A stretch of DNA of 64,000 bases, taken from assembly GCA_963715195.1 (NCBI GenBank), contig CAVQRT010000003.1:1-64000 (forward strand), read 5' to 3'. Numbering within the stretch: position 1 is the stretch's first letter; the number at the start of each line of letters is the position of its first letter. Positions 31,974-41,321 of the stretch are shown here, one piece after another. Under the pieces are notes generated by a model. The model did not search any database and was not told the DNA's origin. It saw nothing but the letters and a program-made list of their open reading frames with translations. The position numbers and the translations under genes are program-made. The stretch comes from Thermodesulfovibrionales bacterium (lineage in GTDB: Bacteria > Nitrospirota > Thermodesulfovibrionia > Thermodesulfovibrionales > SM23-35).

Positions 31974-32879
31974 TCAGAATGCATCGCCTTCCTCTTCATC
32001 AGCATACTCCCTTTTCTTTTTCAGAAACCGTATGAACCCGTATATCGTTATCAATCCGGCAAGGACAAAGAGTATGGTATAGAGATGGCTGCTCAGGTAT
32101 GAAAACCACGAATACGTTCCTCTGAGATGTTCCTGCCACATCTGTTCAAGCTCAGGCAGACCGACCGAAAGGCTTTTCTGCAATGATTGTTCTGCCGGAT
32201 AACCCTCCCGTGCGTAGGCAAGTATGCGTAAAATACTGTCATGTCCGTAACGGCTATTGATATATTCGATGAGGCTTTTGCTCTGTTCATATGCAAGGAC
32301 AAGGGACGCCTCATCCTTTGGGAATGTTTCGAGATCCTTTATTCTCATAACGGTATCCGCCGTGATCGCCCTTGCCAGTGCGCTGCCTCCGTTCGTCGCC
32401 AGTAACTCTGAAATACCGCCGCTTGCCCACTGGCAAATACCTTCATCAAGCCACCGGGGCAGATTCCTGTTTGCAATCGAATGGTGCAGAAGAAGATGAC
32501 ACATCTCATGCTTCAGTGTTGTCTCAAGGGTAAAAGGTTTTGAGTAGACCCTCGATGCATCCAGAACGATCAGGTACCTCCGGGGAACAGCATACGCAAG
32601 AAAGATCTCACTGCCTGCAGCCCTTACAAAAGCATCCCTGTCTCTGATCAGGACTATTTGCGGCTTGAAATTCGTTTCCCATGAAAGAGATTTTTTAAGC
32701 GCATCCTTGACGTCAGGAAACATCTTCATCACCTCTTCAGCCATGGCAAGAGAATCACCCTCATAGAAAACTTCAAGTTCAGATGTTTGCAGGGATTTGT
32801 GGGCAGCCGGGAGGGACTGAGGAGGGAAAAAGCACAGCCATAGAAAGAGGAAAATGAAGAATGTTCTGCAGTTCATCAT
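31974..32879 (-). CDS. Peptidase MA-like metallohydrolase, exported with C-terminal anchor
   Basis: Signal peptide, HEMCH (HExxH) and 'PRWLDEG' motif, C-terminal TM. Confidence 0.8.
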   Translation of the reverse strand: MMNCRTFFIFLFLWLCFFPPQSLPAAHKSLQTSELEVFYEGDSLAMAEEVMKMFPDVKDALKKSLSWETNFKPQIVLIRDRDAFVRAAGSEIFLAYAVPRRYLIVLDASRVYSKPFTLETTLKHEMCHLLLHHSIANRNLPRWLDEGICQWASGGISELLATNGGSALARAITADTVMRIKDLETFPKDEASLVLAYEQSKSLIEYINSRYGHDSILRILAYAREGYPAEQSLQKSLSVGLPELEQMWQEHLRGTYSWFSYLSSHLYTILFVLAGLITIYGFIRFLKKKREYADEEEGDAF

Positions 32880-32984
32880 CTTCTACTATACTGTATCTGG
32901 TGCAGCGAAGGCTCTTTGCCGATTTATTATGCAAATGCTATAATAATCGGAAATATAGGCTGATACCATACAGAGAAGAACGAG

Positions 32985-34727
32985 ATGAGATCGATACGAA
33001 TTGCGCTTGCACAGATCAACCCGACTGTTGGAGATCTCGAGGGTAATGTTTTCAGGATCATCGATTACCTTCAGATGGCAAAACGTCTTCAAGCCGATCT
33101 TGTTGCATTTCCGGAACTTGCGGTTACCGGATATCCACCTGAAGACCTCCTGCTAAAATCGCAGTTTATTAATGACAATCTTCAGGCCCTGAAAAAGATA
33201 CAGGTGGTCGCTTCTGACATTACCGCCATTGTCGGCTTCGTCGACAGGAAAAAGGCACTCTATAATGCGGCTGCCCTCATACACGATGGCCACATCATCG
33301 ATGTATATCACAAGGTGTTCCTCCCGAATTACGGGGTATTCGATGAATACCGCTATTTCCAGGCCGGTGCACGGTATCCCATATACTGCGTAGGAGGTGT
33401 TTGGATCGGAGTGAATATCTGTGAAGACATCTGGTATCCTGAAGGCCCGGCCCGTCCGCAGTCTCGGGCTGGTGCCGAGATGATCATCAATATCAATGCC
33501 TCACCGTATCACATCGGAAAAGGAAAACAAAGAGAGGAAATGCTGACGGGACGGGCGTCCGAAAATATGGTTGCCCTTGCCTACCTGAATACCGTTGGCG
33601 GACAGGACGAACTGGTATTCGACGGCTGCAGTCTGATCATTGACCCGGACGGAAACATCCTCAGCCGCGGAAAGCAGTTCCAGGAAGACTTGATTGTTGC
33701 CGACCTCTCTTTTGAGGACGAGATGATGAAACGGCGCCGGGCTTTCCGTAAGCAGCAGAAAATGACAAAAGCAGAGAAGGGGTCTGTCGAAAAGATCATT
33801 GCCACGGAAGGAGAACTGTCGCGAAAAGAACTGCCATGCTTGCCGGCTCGCCCAGCACCCTCTTCCGCTCCGGTTGACACTATGGAAGAGGTATATGCTG
33901 CGCTCGTTCTCGGCACATCTGACTATGTCAAAAAAAATGGATTCAGGGGGGTTGTCATCGGGCTGAGCGGCGGGATCGATTCCTCACTCGTAGCCTCCGT
34001 TGCCGTCGATGCACTGGGCGCAGATAATGTGAATGGATTATTTATGCCCTCTCCATATACATCCACAGAGAGCAGCGAGGACACACTTGCCCTTGCAGCA
34101 AACCTCGGGATAATGGTGAGAGAGGTTCCGATTCACGACATCATGGACAGTTATCTCGATGCATTGAAAAAGGATTTCAGCGGCATTCCGCCGGATGTAA
34201 CCGAGGAAAACCTCCAGGCGCGGATACGCGGGAATATCCTGATGGCTTTCTCGAATAAATTCGGCTGGCTTGTTCTGACCACGGGAAACAAATCAGAAAT
34301 GAGTGTCGGGTATGCCACCCTGTATGGCGACATGGCGGGTGGTTTTGCCGTCATCAAGGATGTGCCGAAAACCATGGTATACCGGATTTGCAGGTGGAAG
34401 AACGATCATGCCGGCAGGGTCGTCATTCCGGAGCGGGTTTTCACCAAAGAGCCCTCGGCTGAACTCAAGCCGGGTCAGAAAGACACAGACATGCTCCCGC
34501 CATATCCGGTGCTTGATCCGATTTTGAAGGCCTATATAGAGGAAGACAGAACGTTTGAAGAAATATTATCCTTTGGATACGACGTGGAAGGAACCCGGAT
34601 GGTCATCCGGATGGTTGACTCGAGCGAGTACAAGAGACGCCAGTCTCCTCCGGGCATCAAAATCACGCAGAAGGCATTCGGACGGGACAGGCGTTTTCCG
34701 ATCACCAACAGATACCACGGGTTCTGA
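32985..34727 (+). CDS. nadE: Glutamine-dependent NAD+ synthetase
   Basis: Nitrilase-like domain (FPEL, ICEDIW) plus 'GLSGGIDS', 'ENLQARIRG', 'TTGNKSE'. Confidence 0.97.
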   Translation: MRSIRIALAQINPTVGDLEGNVFRIIDYLQMAKRLQADLVAFPELAVTGYPPEDLLLKSQFINDNLQALKKIQVVASDITAIVGFVDRKKALYNAAALIHDGHIIDVYHKVFLPNYGVFDEYRYFQAGARYPIYCVGGVWIGVNICEDIWYPEGPARPQSRAGAEMIININASPYHIGKGKQREEMLTGRASENMVALAYLNTVGGQDELVFDGCSLIIDPDGNILSRGKQFQEDLIVADLSFEDEMMKRRRAFRKQQKMTKAEKGSVEKIIATEGELSRKELPCLPARPAPSSAPVDTMEEVYAALVLGTSDYVKKNGFRGVVIGLSGGIDSSLVASVAVDALGADNVNGLFMPSPYTSTESSEDTLALAANLGIMVREVPIHDIMDSYLDALKKDFSGIPPDVTEENLQARIRGNILMAFSNKFGWLVLTTGNKSEMSVGYATLYGDMAGGFAVIKDVPKTMVYRICRWKNDHAGRVVIPERVFTKEPSAELKPGQKDTDMLPPYPVLDPILKAYIEEDRTFEEILSFGYDVEGTRMVIRMVDSSEYKRRQSPPGIKITQKAFGRDRRFPITNRYHGF

Positions 34728-34777
34728 ATCTCTTATACCACTGAATTATTATTCAGGAGGTATTTTGTTACTATGTT

Positions 34778-34876
34778 TGTCATTCGCGCTTGGCGGGAAT
34801 CCTTCCGATTCATTTTTAGCTCAGGGAGATAAATTGGCTTTTTTATAAGAAAGATTCTGGCCAAGCCAGAATGACA
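34778..34876. repeat. Intergenic imperfect palindromic element (TGTCATTC...GAATGACA)
   Basis: Left TGTCATTCGCGCTTGGCGGGAATC pairs imperfectly with right GATTCTGGCCAAGCCAGAATGACA. Confidence 0.6.
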
Positions 34877-34899
34877 GGATACAGACCTTAAATAACGAT

Positions 34900-35172
34900 A
34901 TGGTTAGAATACCAATGAAGAAATTATGTATTCAATCGTTCATAACAATATGCACTGTCGTCTTTCTGTCAGATTCCGTGTTCACTATCGAAAACAAAAA
35001 TATCCAGATCAAAAAGCAGCCTGAAATCCAGCAGATAAAACCGAAGAAACCCGTAAAAATCAAACTGAAGCGAACGGCAGAGGGAAAATATACCTGGGAA
35101 CTCTCGGGGGATGACGTTAACGAGATCGTGAGGGCCGATAGAAAACTGAGAAAACTTGTGGGCGTCGAGTGA
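34900..35172 (+). CDS. Small conserved hypothetical protein
   Basis: 'KIKLKRTAEGKYTWELSGDDV'; overlaps rsmI start (GTGA). Confidence 0.7.
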   Translation: MVRIPMKKLCIQSFITICTVVFLSDSVFTIENKNIQIKKQPEIQQIKPKKPVKIKLKRTAEGKYTWELSGDDVNEIVRADRKLRKLVGVE

Positions 35173-36017
35173 AAGGTACACTTTACATTGTATCGACCCC
35201 GATAGGGAATCTTGAGGATATCACCCTGAGGGCCCTGAGGATACTGAGCGAAGTCGATATCGTTGCGGCTGAAGACACCCGCCATTCGATAAAACTGCTC
35301 ACTCACCACGGCATTAAAAAACCTCTGATCAGCTACTGGAAGGAAAAAGAATCCGAAAGATCGGACGAGATCCTCAGGAGGCTGCACGGAGGACAATCCG
35401 TTGCCCTCATCTCTGATGCCGGCACCCCAGGCATATCAGACCCCGGTTCGGTCATTATCAATAAAGCCGTTCAGGAAAATATCCAGCTTGTTTCAGTCCC
35501 GGGACCATCCGCGTTCGTCGCAGCCCTTTCTCTGTCAGGACTGCCGGCGGAGCATTTCTCCTTTTTGGGTTTCCTTCCTGCCCGGAGAAATCAGCGGAAA
35601 AAAATCATTTCGGAATTGCGGTTCGAAGAAAAAACGCTCATATTTTATGAGGCTCCCCACAGGATCATCGGGTCACTGCAGGACATTGTTGAAATTTTCG
35701 GGGAGAGGCAAGCGGCTCTTGTCAAGGAGATTACGAAAATACATGAGCATGTGCTTCGTGGCAGTATTTCGGACATTATCGAAGAGGTGCAACAAACTGT
35801 GATAGCGGGTGAATACGTGATTATCGTCCACGGATGGTCACGAATGCACACATCGATTACGGAAGACGTGCTCACGGAACTTCACGCGTACATGAGGAAA
35901 GGCCTCGGCAGAAAGGAGGCTGTGCGGATGATTGCAGAAAAATACGGACTCAGCAAAAAGGAACTCTATAAAAAAAGTCTGGATGAAGATTTTGTACATT
36001 CCGATGAAACTCCTTGA
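35169..36017 (+). CDS. rsmI: 16S rRNA (cytidine1402-2'-O)-methyltransferase
   Basis: 'LYIVSTPIGNLEDIT', 'AEDTR', 'SDAGTPGISDPG'. Confidence 0.95.
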   Translation: MKGTLYIVSTPIGNLEDITLRALRILSEVDIVAAEDTRHSIKLLTHHGIKKPLISYWKEKESERSDEILRRLHGGQSVALISDAGTPGISDPGSVIINKAVQENIQLVSVPGPSAFVAALSLSGLPAEHFSFLGFLPARRNQRKKIISELRFEEKTLIFYEAPHRIIGSLQDIVEIFGERQAALVKEITKIHEHVLRGSISDIIEEVQQTVIAGEYVIIVHGWSRMHTSITEDVLTELHAYMRKGLGRKEAVRMIAEKYGLSKKELYKKSLDEDFVHSDETP

Positions 36018-36068
36018 CTTTTCCCGAGACAGAACAATACAATTTTTCATTCCAGTAAAAAGAGGTGC

Positions 36069-37031
36069 ATGGTGTCCTTTAATCTCCTGCTTGCAGATGA
36101 CAGCATAACGATCCAGAAGGTTGTTGAACTCATTCTTGCTGACGAGGACTGTGAAATCAGATCCGCGAATAACGGTGAAGAGGCCCTCTCCCTTCTCACA
36201 TCTTTTCACCCGGATATCATTCTCGCTGATACAGACATGCCTGCAATCGACGGATATGCGCTCTGCGAACGGATCAAGCAGGAACCAGCAATGAACGCAA
36301 TTCCTGTCATTCTCCTGACCGGTGCCTTCGAGCCGCTCGATGAAGAGCGTGCCCGGCAGGTGAGAGCCGATGATTACCTGATAAAACCATTCGAGGCGCA
36401 GGAGCTGATACAGAAAATCAATGAGGCATTGGCAGGGAAAGCATTCCCGGTTGAGAGCGAAGTCCCCTCCGAAGCCAGCCCCCTGTACCCCGGACAACTG
36501 CCGGCAGACGACGAAATCTGGGATAATGTTGAAGAGACTCCTGAGACGGTACCGGCAACCCCGCTGACAGGGGAAGAAGAGGCGGGAGCAAGTACTGAAG
36601 AGTTAATCAGTATTGCGGAGGAGGCTGAACATGAGGTATCCCCGGGTGCTGAAATGGTGCACGAGCCGGTGAGCGAAGAAATTCCGCCTGCTGAAAAGAC
36701 AACGGGTCTTCCGGCGATGGAGCTGCTCTCAAGGGATGAACTCAGGGAACTATTCGAAAAATCATTCCGGGAAAGGCTATCGGCACTTCTCTCTTCTGCT
36801 GATCTGAAAGAAACCTTAATCGCGTCAATAACTCCTTTCATGAAGGATTCCGTCGATAAGATACTCTGGGACCTTACTCCTGAGCTTATCGAAAGAATGC
36901 TCAAAGAGATACTGAAAGGTTCGATTGAATCACTGACCACAGAGGTCCAGAAGGTTATATGGGAAACGGTGCCTGAACTCGCAGAGACAATGATCTCTCA
37001 GGAAATAGAGAGGATTAGGTCAGAATTTTAG
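36069..37031 (+). CDS. Response regulator (receiver, acidic linker, helical C-terminal domain)
   Basis: 'LLLADDSITIQKVVELIL', 'DDYLIKPF'; C-terminal 'VIWETVPELAE' motif. Confidence 0.88.
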   Translation: MVSFNLLLADDSITIQKVVELILADEDCEIRSANNGEEALSLLTSFHPDIILADTDMPAIDGYALCERIKQEPAMNAIPVILLTGAFEPLDEERARQVRADDYLIKPFEAQELIQKINEALAGKAFPVESEVPSEASPLYPGQLPADDEIWDNVEETPETVPATPLTGEEEAGASTEELISIAEEAEHEVSPGAEMVHEPVSEEIPPAEKTTGLPAMELLSRDELRELFEKSFRERLSALLSSADLKETLIASITPFMKDSVDKILWDLTPELIERMLKEILKGSIESLTTEVQKVIWETVPELAETMISQEIERIRSEF

Positions 37032-39727
37032 ACAAGGGTTTTCAACCAGAAGGCATCGAGGAGAAGTGGTATGCATACTGGATCTCGAAAGGGTATTTTA
37101 AACCGGATCCACGTTCCCAGTCTCCGTACTCCCTCGTAATTCCGCCTCCGAATGTTACCGGTTCACTCCACATGGGGCATGCCCTCAATACTGTCATGCA
37201 GGACGTCCTTGCCCGGTGGAAACGCATGTCTGGGTACGCGGTCCTGTGGGTTCCGGGCACTGACCACGCTGGCATTGCCACGCAAAATGTTGTTGAAAAA
37301 CAGCTTGCAGCCCAAGGTATCGACCGTCATCAGATTGGCCGTGAAGCCTTTATCGAACAGGTATGGAAATGGAAGGCTGAATCAGGAGGAAAAATTCTCC
37401 ACCAGCTGAAAAGGCTCGGCGCATCGTGTGACTGGTCGAGAGAGCGGTTTACCCTCGATGAAGGCCTGTCAAAAGCCGTACGCGAAGTATTTGTGCGGTT
37501 GCATGAGCAGGGACTGATATACCGGGATAACCGTCTTATCAACTGGTGTCCGCGATGTCACACAGCCCTCTCTGACCTTGAGGTGGAGCACGAAGAACTC
37601 GACGGGAAACTGACGTATATACGCTATCCCCTTTTTGATAAAAGCAGCAAACACATCACCGTCGCAACGACCCGTCCGGAGACAATGCTCGGTGACACTG
37701 CCGTGGCAGTGAATCCGTCAGATGACCGATACAGGGATGTAATCGGCAAAACGGTTGCCCTCCCTCTCACAAACAGACACATTCCGGTTATCGCAGACTC
37801 CGCGGTCGACCCTTCGTTCGGCACCGGTGCGGTCAAGGTAACCCCCGCCCATGATTTCAATGATGAGACGATCGCAAGGCGCCAGAATCCGCCCCTGCAA
37901 TTTATTACAGTCATCGGAAAAGACGGCAGGATGACTGCAGAAGCAGGTGAGCGATATGCCGGCATGGACAGATATGCGTGCCGGAAACTCGTTCACGATG
38001 ATCTCAGACAACTGCACCTGATTGCACAGGAAGAATCCCACCGGTATGCGGTCGGTCACTGTTATCGCTGCAAAACAATAACCGAACCCCTTTCAACGCC
38101 GCAGTGGTATGTTAATGTTCAATCCATGGCAAAGAATGCAATCAAAGCGGTCAGGGGAAAAAGAATCAGGATTATTCCTGACATGTGGGAAAATACCTAT
38201 TTTGCATGGATGGATGATATCAAAGACTGGTGTATCTCCCGTCAAATATGGTGGGGACACCGTATGCCCGTATGGTACTGTCAGCAAATGCTGAATGAGA
38301 GCTGCAAGGCACAGCAAGGCACTGTTATATCGAGGGTTGAGCCGCAGAGCTGTCCCTACTGTGGTTCAGAGGTGTTGATCCGGGACGAAGATGTCCTCGA
38401 CACCTGGTTCTCGTCCGCGCTCTGGCCGTTTTCCACACTCGGCTGGCCTGACCGGACCGATGACCTGAAAACCTTCTATCCGACCAGTGTACTCGTGACC
38501 GCTTTTGACATTATTTTTTTCTGGGTCGCGCGCATGATCATGATGGGCATACAATTCATGCAGGATGTGCCGTTCAGAGATGTTTACATCCATGCCATTG
38601 TGAGGGACAGCAAAGGCCAGAAGATGTCGAAATCAAAGGGAAATGTTTTGGACCCACTGATCATGATCGACAGATACGGCACGGATGCCTTCAGGTTCAC
38701 CCTCGCTGCTTTTGCTGCACAGGGAAGGGATATCAAGTTTTCCGAGGACAGGGTCGAGGGCTACCGACATTTCGTAAACAAGCTCTGGAATGCCTCGCGC
38801 TTCATCATGATGAACACCGGTCAATTTCATCCTTCAGAGCCAACAACAAAAGGTACGCCGGTGCTCTCGCTCCCCGGCAGATGGATACTGAGCAGGCTTG
38901 CCGCAGCTGCTGAGGACATGGACACCGCTCTTCGGGAGTACCGGTTTAACGACGCGGTCAGCAGCATATATCATTTCATCTGGCATGAATTCTGTGATTG
39001 GTACATCGAGATGTCCAAAATCGAACTCCCGGACAGCCGGTTGTGCGAAGGGACCCGGTGGTGCCTCCTCACGGTCCTTGATACATCCCTGAGGCTTCTT
39101 CACCCCTTCATGCCCTTTGTTACCGAAGAAATCTGGCAGAAAATCAGGGAAACCGGGGTGCAGGGAATTTACCCGCATCCGGATATTCCGGAAAGCATCA
39201 CGATCTCTGCCTATCCAAAGTCCCTTACGAGGGACTATTCTACTGAAGAGGAAATGTCCTTTATCATTGATACAGTCATGGGAATCAGAACTATCAGGGG
39301 AGAGCTGAATATCTCGCCGGCTCTCAAACTGTCTGTATCAGTCAAAACCCTTTCCAGCTCAGCAGAAACGGTATTGCGGGAGAATCTTCATTATCTGAAA
39401 ACCCTTGCAAGGGCAGACGACGTAGCGGTTGGGCCAGAGATCAAAAAACCTGATTGTTCAGCAACCGCCATAAAGGGGTCCATGGAAATCTATGTCTACC
39501 TGAAGGGTGTCTTGAATATTGCAGCTGAAATCGATAGACTTAAGAAAGAAAAGGCAAAAGTCGATAAAGACCTTGTCATGCTGAACAGCAAGCTCTTTAA
39601 TGAAGATTTTCTCGGGAAAGCGCCAAAGGAAATCATCGAAAAGGAAAAGGCAAAACACGAAGAAGTGAGCAGAATGAGAGACAAGATTACAGACAGTATA
39701 AACATGCTTAAAGAAGCGGAGGTTTAG
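37025..39727 (+). CDS. valS: Valine--tRNA ligase (start non-canonical; ATT at 37025 proposed)
   Basis: Frame open from 37019; 'IEEKWY..W', 'PPPNVTGSLHMGH' HIGH and 'KMSKSKGN' motifs. Confidence 0.95.
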   Translation: MLDKGFQPEGIEEKWYAYWISKGYFKPDPRSQSPYSLVIPPPNVTGSLHMGHALNTVMQDVLARWKRMSGYAVLWVPGTDHAGIATQNVVEKQLAAQGIDRHQIGREAFIEQVWKWKAESGGKILHQLKRLGASCDWSRERFTLDEGLSKAVREVFVRLHEQGLIYRDNRLINWCPRCHTALSDLEVEHEELDGKLTYIRYPLFDKSSKHITVATTRPETMLGDTAVAVNPSDDRYRDVIGKTVALPLTNRHIPVIADSAVDPSFGTGAVKVTPAHDFNDETIARRQNPPLQFITVIGKDGRMTAEAGERYAGMDRYACRKLVHDDLRQLHLIAQEESHRYAVGHCYRCKTITEPLSTPQWYVNVQSMAKNAIKAVRGKRIRIIPDMWENTYFAWMDDIKDWCISRQIWWGHRMPVWYCQQMLNESCKAQQGTVISRVEPQSCPYCGSEVLIRDEDVLDTWFSSALWPFSTLGWPDRTDDLKTFYPTSVLVTAFDIIFFWVARMIMMGIQFMQDVPFRDVYIHAIVRDSKGQKMSKSKGNVLDPLIMIDRYGTDAFRFTLAAFAAQGRDIKFSEDRVEGYRHFVNKLWNASRFIMMNTGQFHPSEPTTKGTPVLSLPGRWILSRLAAAAEDMDTALREYRFNDAVSSIYHFIWHEFCDWYIEMSKIELPDSRLCEGTRWCLLTVLDTSLRLLHPFMPFVTEEIWQKIRETGVQGIYPHPDIPESITISAYPKSLTRDYSTEEEMSFIIDTVMGIRTIRGELNISPALKLSVSVKTLSSSAETVLRENLHYLKTLARADDVAVGPEIKKPDCSATAIKGSMEIYVYLKGVLNIAAEIDRLKKEKAKVDKDLVMLNSKLFNEDFLGKAPKEIIEKEKAKHEEVSRMRDKITDSINMLKEAEV

Positions 39728-39728
39728 A

Positions 39729-40214
39729 ATGCAGAGAGAGGGGATGGAACTCGAGAAAAGTGACATAGAGTTAATCGAAGGTGAATTTATTACCATTAAA
39801 CAGAGTACTGTTCGGTCTGTTGAAGGAGGGCACATCGAACTTCAGCAGGTCGGAGCGTTGAGTATAGACGGAGAAAAAATTGAGGTAACACAGGGGGCTT
39901 CAGGTATCCTGAAGGGAAATGATGTGAGTCTGAACCAAAGTATAAGCGCTGTTACTGCCGCAGACAATGTGGCGGTAAATTTTTCTTTCTCCCCCGTTAC
40001 CATCTCACGGGAACAGATGACCATAAATCGGTCGGCTGTCGGGATGATGGCTGCCCGTGAAATAAACTCGGAGAATACTTCCGCATTTCTCGTTGTCGCA
40101 AATAAAGTTGAAGGAAATATCACAACACTCCTGGACTGGCGTTCTTCACTAGCCCTGGCTGCCGTCTTCGGAGGCCTGTGGGGCCTCTTTTCCGTCTTGT
40201 TCAAACGGAAATGA
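39729..40214 (+). CDS. Hypothetical protein with C-terminal membrane anchor
   Basis: 161 aa, operonic between valS and nadC. Confidence 0.7.
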   Translation: MQREGMELEKSDIELIEGEFITIKQSTVRSVEGGHIELQQVGALSIDGEKIEVTQGASGILKGNDVSLNQSISAVTAADNVAVNFSFSPVTISREQMTINRSAVGMMAAREINSENTSAFLVVANKVEGNITTLLDWRSSLALAAVFGGLWGLFSVLFKRK

Positions 40215-41053
40215 CCTCATCCATTATCCCCTCAGGTGTTCTCGAAAGCATACGCCGGGCACTTGAAGAAGATATCGGACCAGGGGATATTACAACCTCA
40301 CTCCTGATTCCCGATGAGGACATTTCCAGGGCACAATTCATTGCAAAAGACACCTTCATTCTTGCGGGAATCCCGTTTGCACGGGAGGTTTTTCGCATCC
40401 TCAGCCCCGCGGTGGAATGGATGTCCTTTTTTGATGATGGCGACAAAATCAGGAAAGGCGATGTAATCGCCGAGATTTCAGGTACAACCAGCGTCATCCT
40501 CACCGGTGAGAGAGTAAGCCTTAATATTCTGCAGCGGCTCTCAGGGATAGCGACTCTCACCAACAGGTATGTGGAAAGAATACAGGGGCTGAAAGCGCGA
40601 ATTGCGGATACGAGAAAGACCGTCCCCGGAATGCGTTTCATGGAGAAATACGCTGTGAGAAAAGGCGGCGGGTACAACCACAGATTCGGACTCTTTGACG
40701 GAATTCTCATCAAAAATAATCACCTTGCAGCTGTAGGCAGTATTTCAGAAGCTGTCAAACGTGCAAAACAAGCACATCACCTCGCAAGGATTGAAGTTGA
40801 GGTAGAGAACCTTCACGATCTTATCCAGGCCGTTGAATCCGGTGCAGATATCGTCATGCTTGATAACATGTCCGTCAGCGACATGAGCAAGGCTGTCCAG
40901 ATTGCGCAGGGAAAGGTTTTACTGGAGGCATCAGGCGGGATCAACCTCGATAACGTGAGGGAGATCGCGAGTACCGGCGTGGATATCATTTCTGTCGGCG
41001 CACTGACCCATTCTGCTTCCGCAGTTGACATCAGTATGCAATTAGTCAAATAA
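40211..41053 (+). CDS. nadC: Nicotinate-nucleotide diphosphorylase (carboxylating)
   Basis: 'ALEEDIG.GDITT', 'DTRKT', 'NHRFGL', 'MLDNM', 'EASGG'. Confidence 0.95.
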   Translation: MTSSIIPSGVLESIRRALEEDIGPGDITTSLLIPDEDISRAQFIAKDTFILAGIPFAREVFRILSPAVEWMSFFDDGDKIRKGDVIAEISGTTSVILTGERVSLNILQRLSGIATLTNRYVERIQGLKARIADTRKTVPGMRFMEKYAVRKGGGYNHRFGLFDGILIKNNHLAAVGSISEAVKRAKQAHHLARIEVEVENLHDLIQAVESGADIVMLDNMSVSDMSKAVQIAQGKVLLEASGGINLDNVREIASTGVDIISVGALTHSASAVDISMQLVK

Positions 41054-41117
41054 TCTGATACATTGAAAATAATTTCGTCCGATACATTCATAAACAGCAC
41101 TAACCAAGGAGCCGCAT

Positions 41118-41300
41118 ATGACAGTAAAGCAAATAAAGGAAATTGCCCGGCAAAAGCAGATCAAAGTCGGCAACATGAAAAAAGAAAATATCATCAGGGC
41201 AATACAAAGGGCGGAGGGAAACTTCGACTGTTTTGGGACCGCTGCTGCAGGCATCTGCAATCAGGTGAACTGCCTCTGGAGAGAAGACTGCCTTAAATAA
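41118..41300 (+). CDS. Small SAP/Rho-N-like Cys-rich protein
   Basis: 'KKENIIRAIQRAEGNFDCF...C.Q.NCLWREDC'; AGGAG RBS. Confidence 0.8.
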   Translation: MTVKQIKEIARQKQIKVGNMKKENIIRAIQRAEGNFDCFGTAAAGICNQVNCLWREDCLK

Positions 41301-41321
41301 CAGATACCGCCCGTTTCTTGC

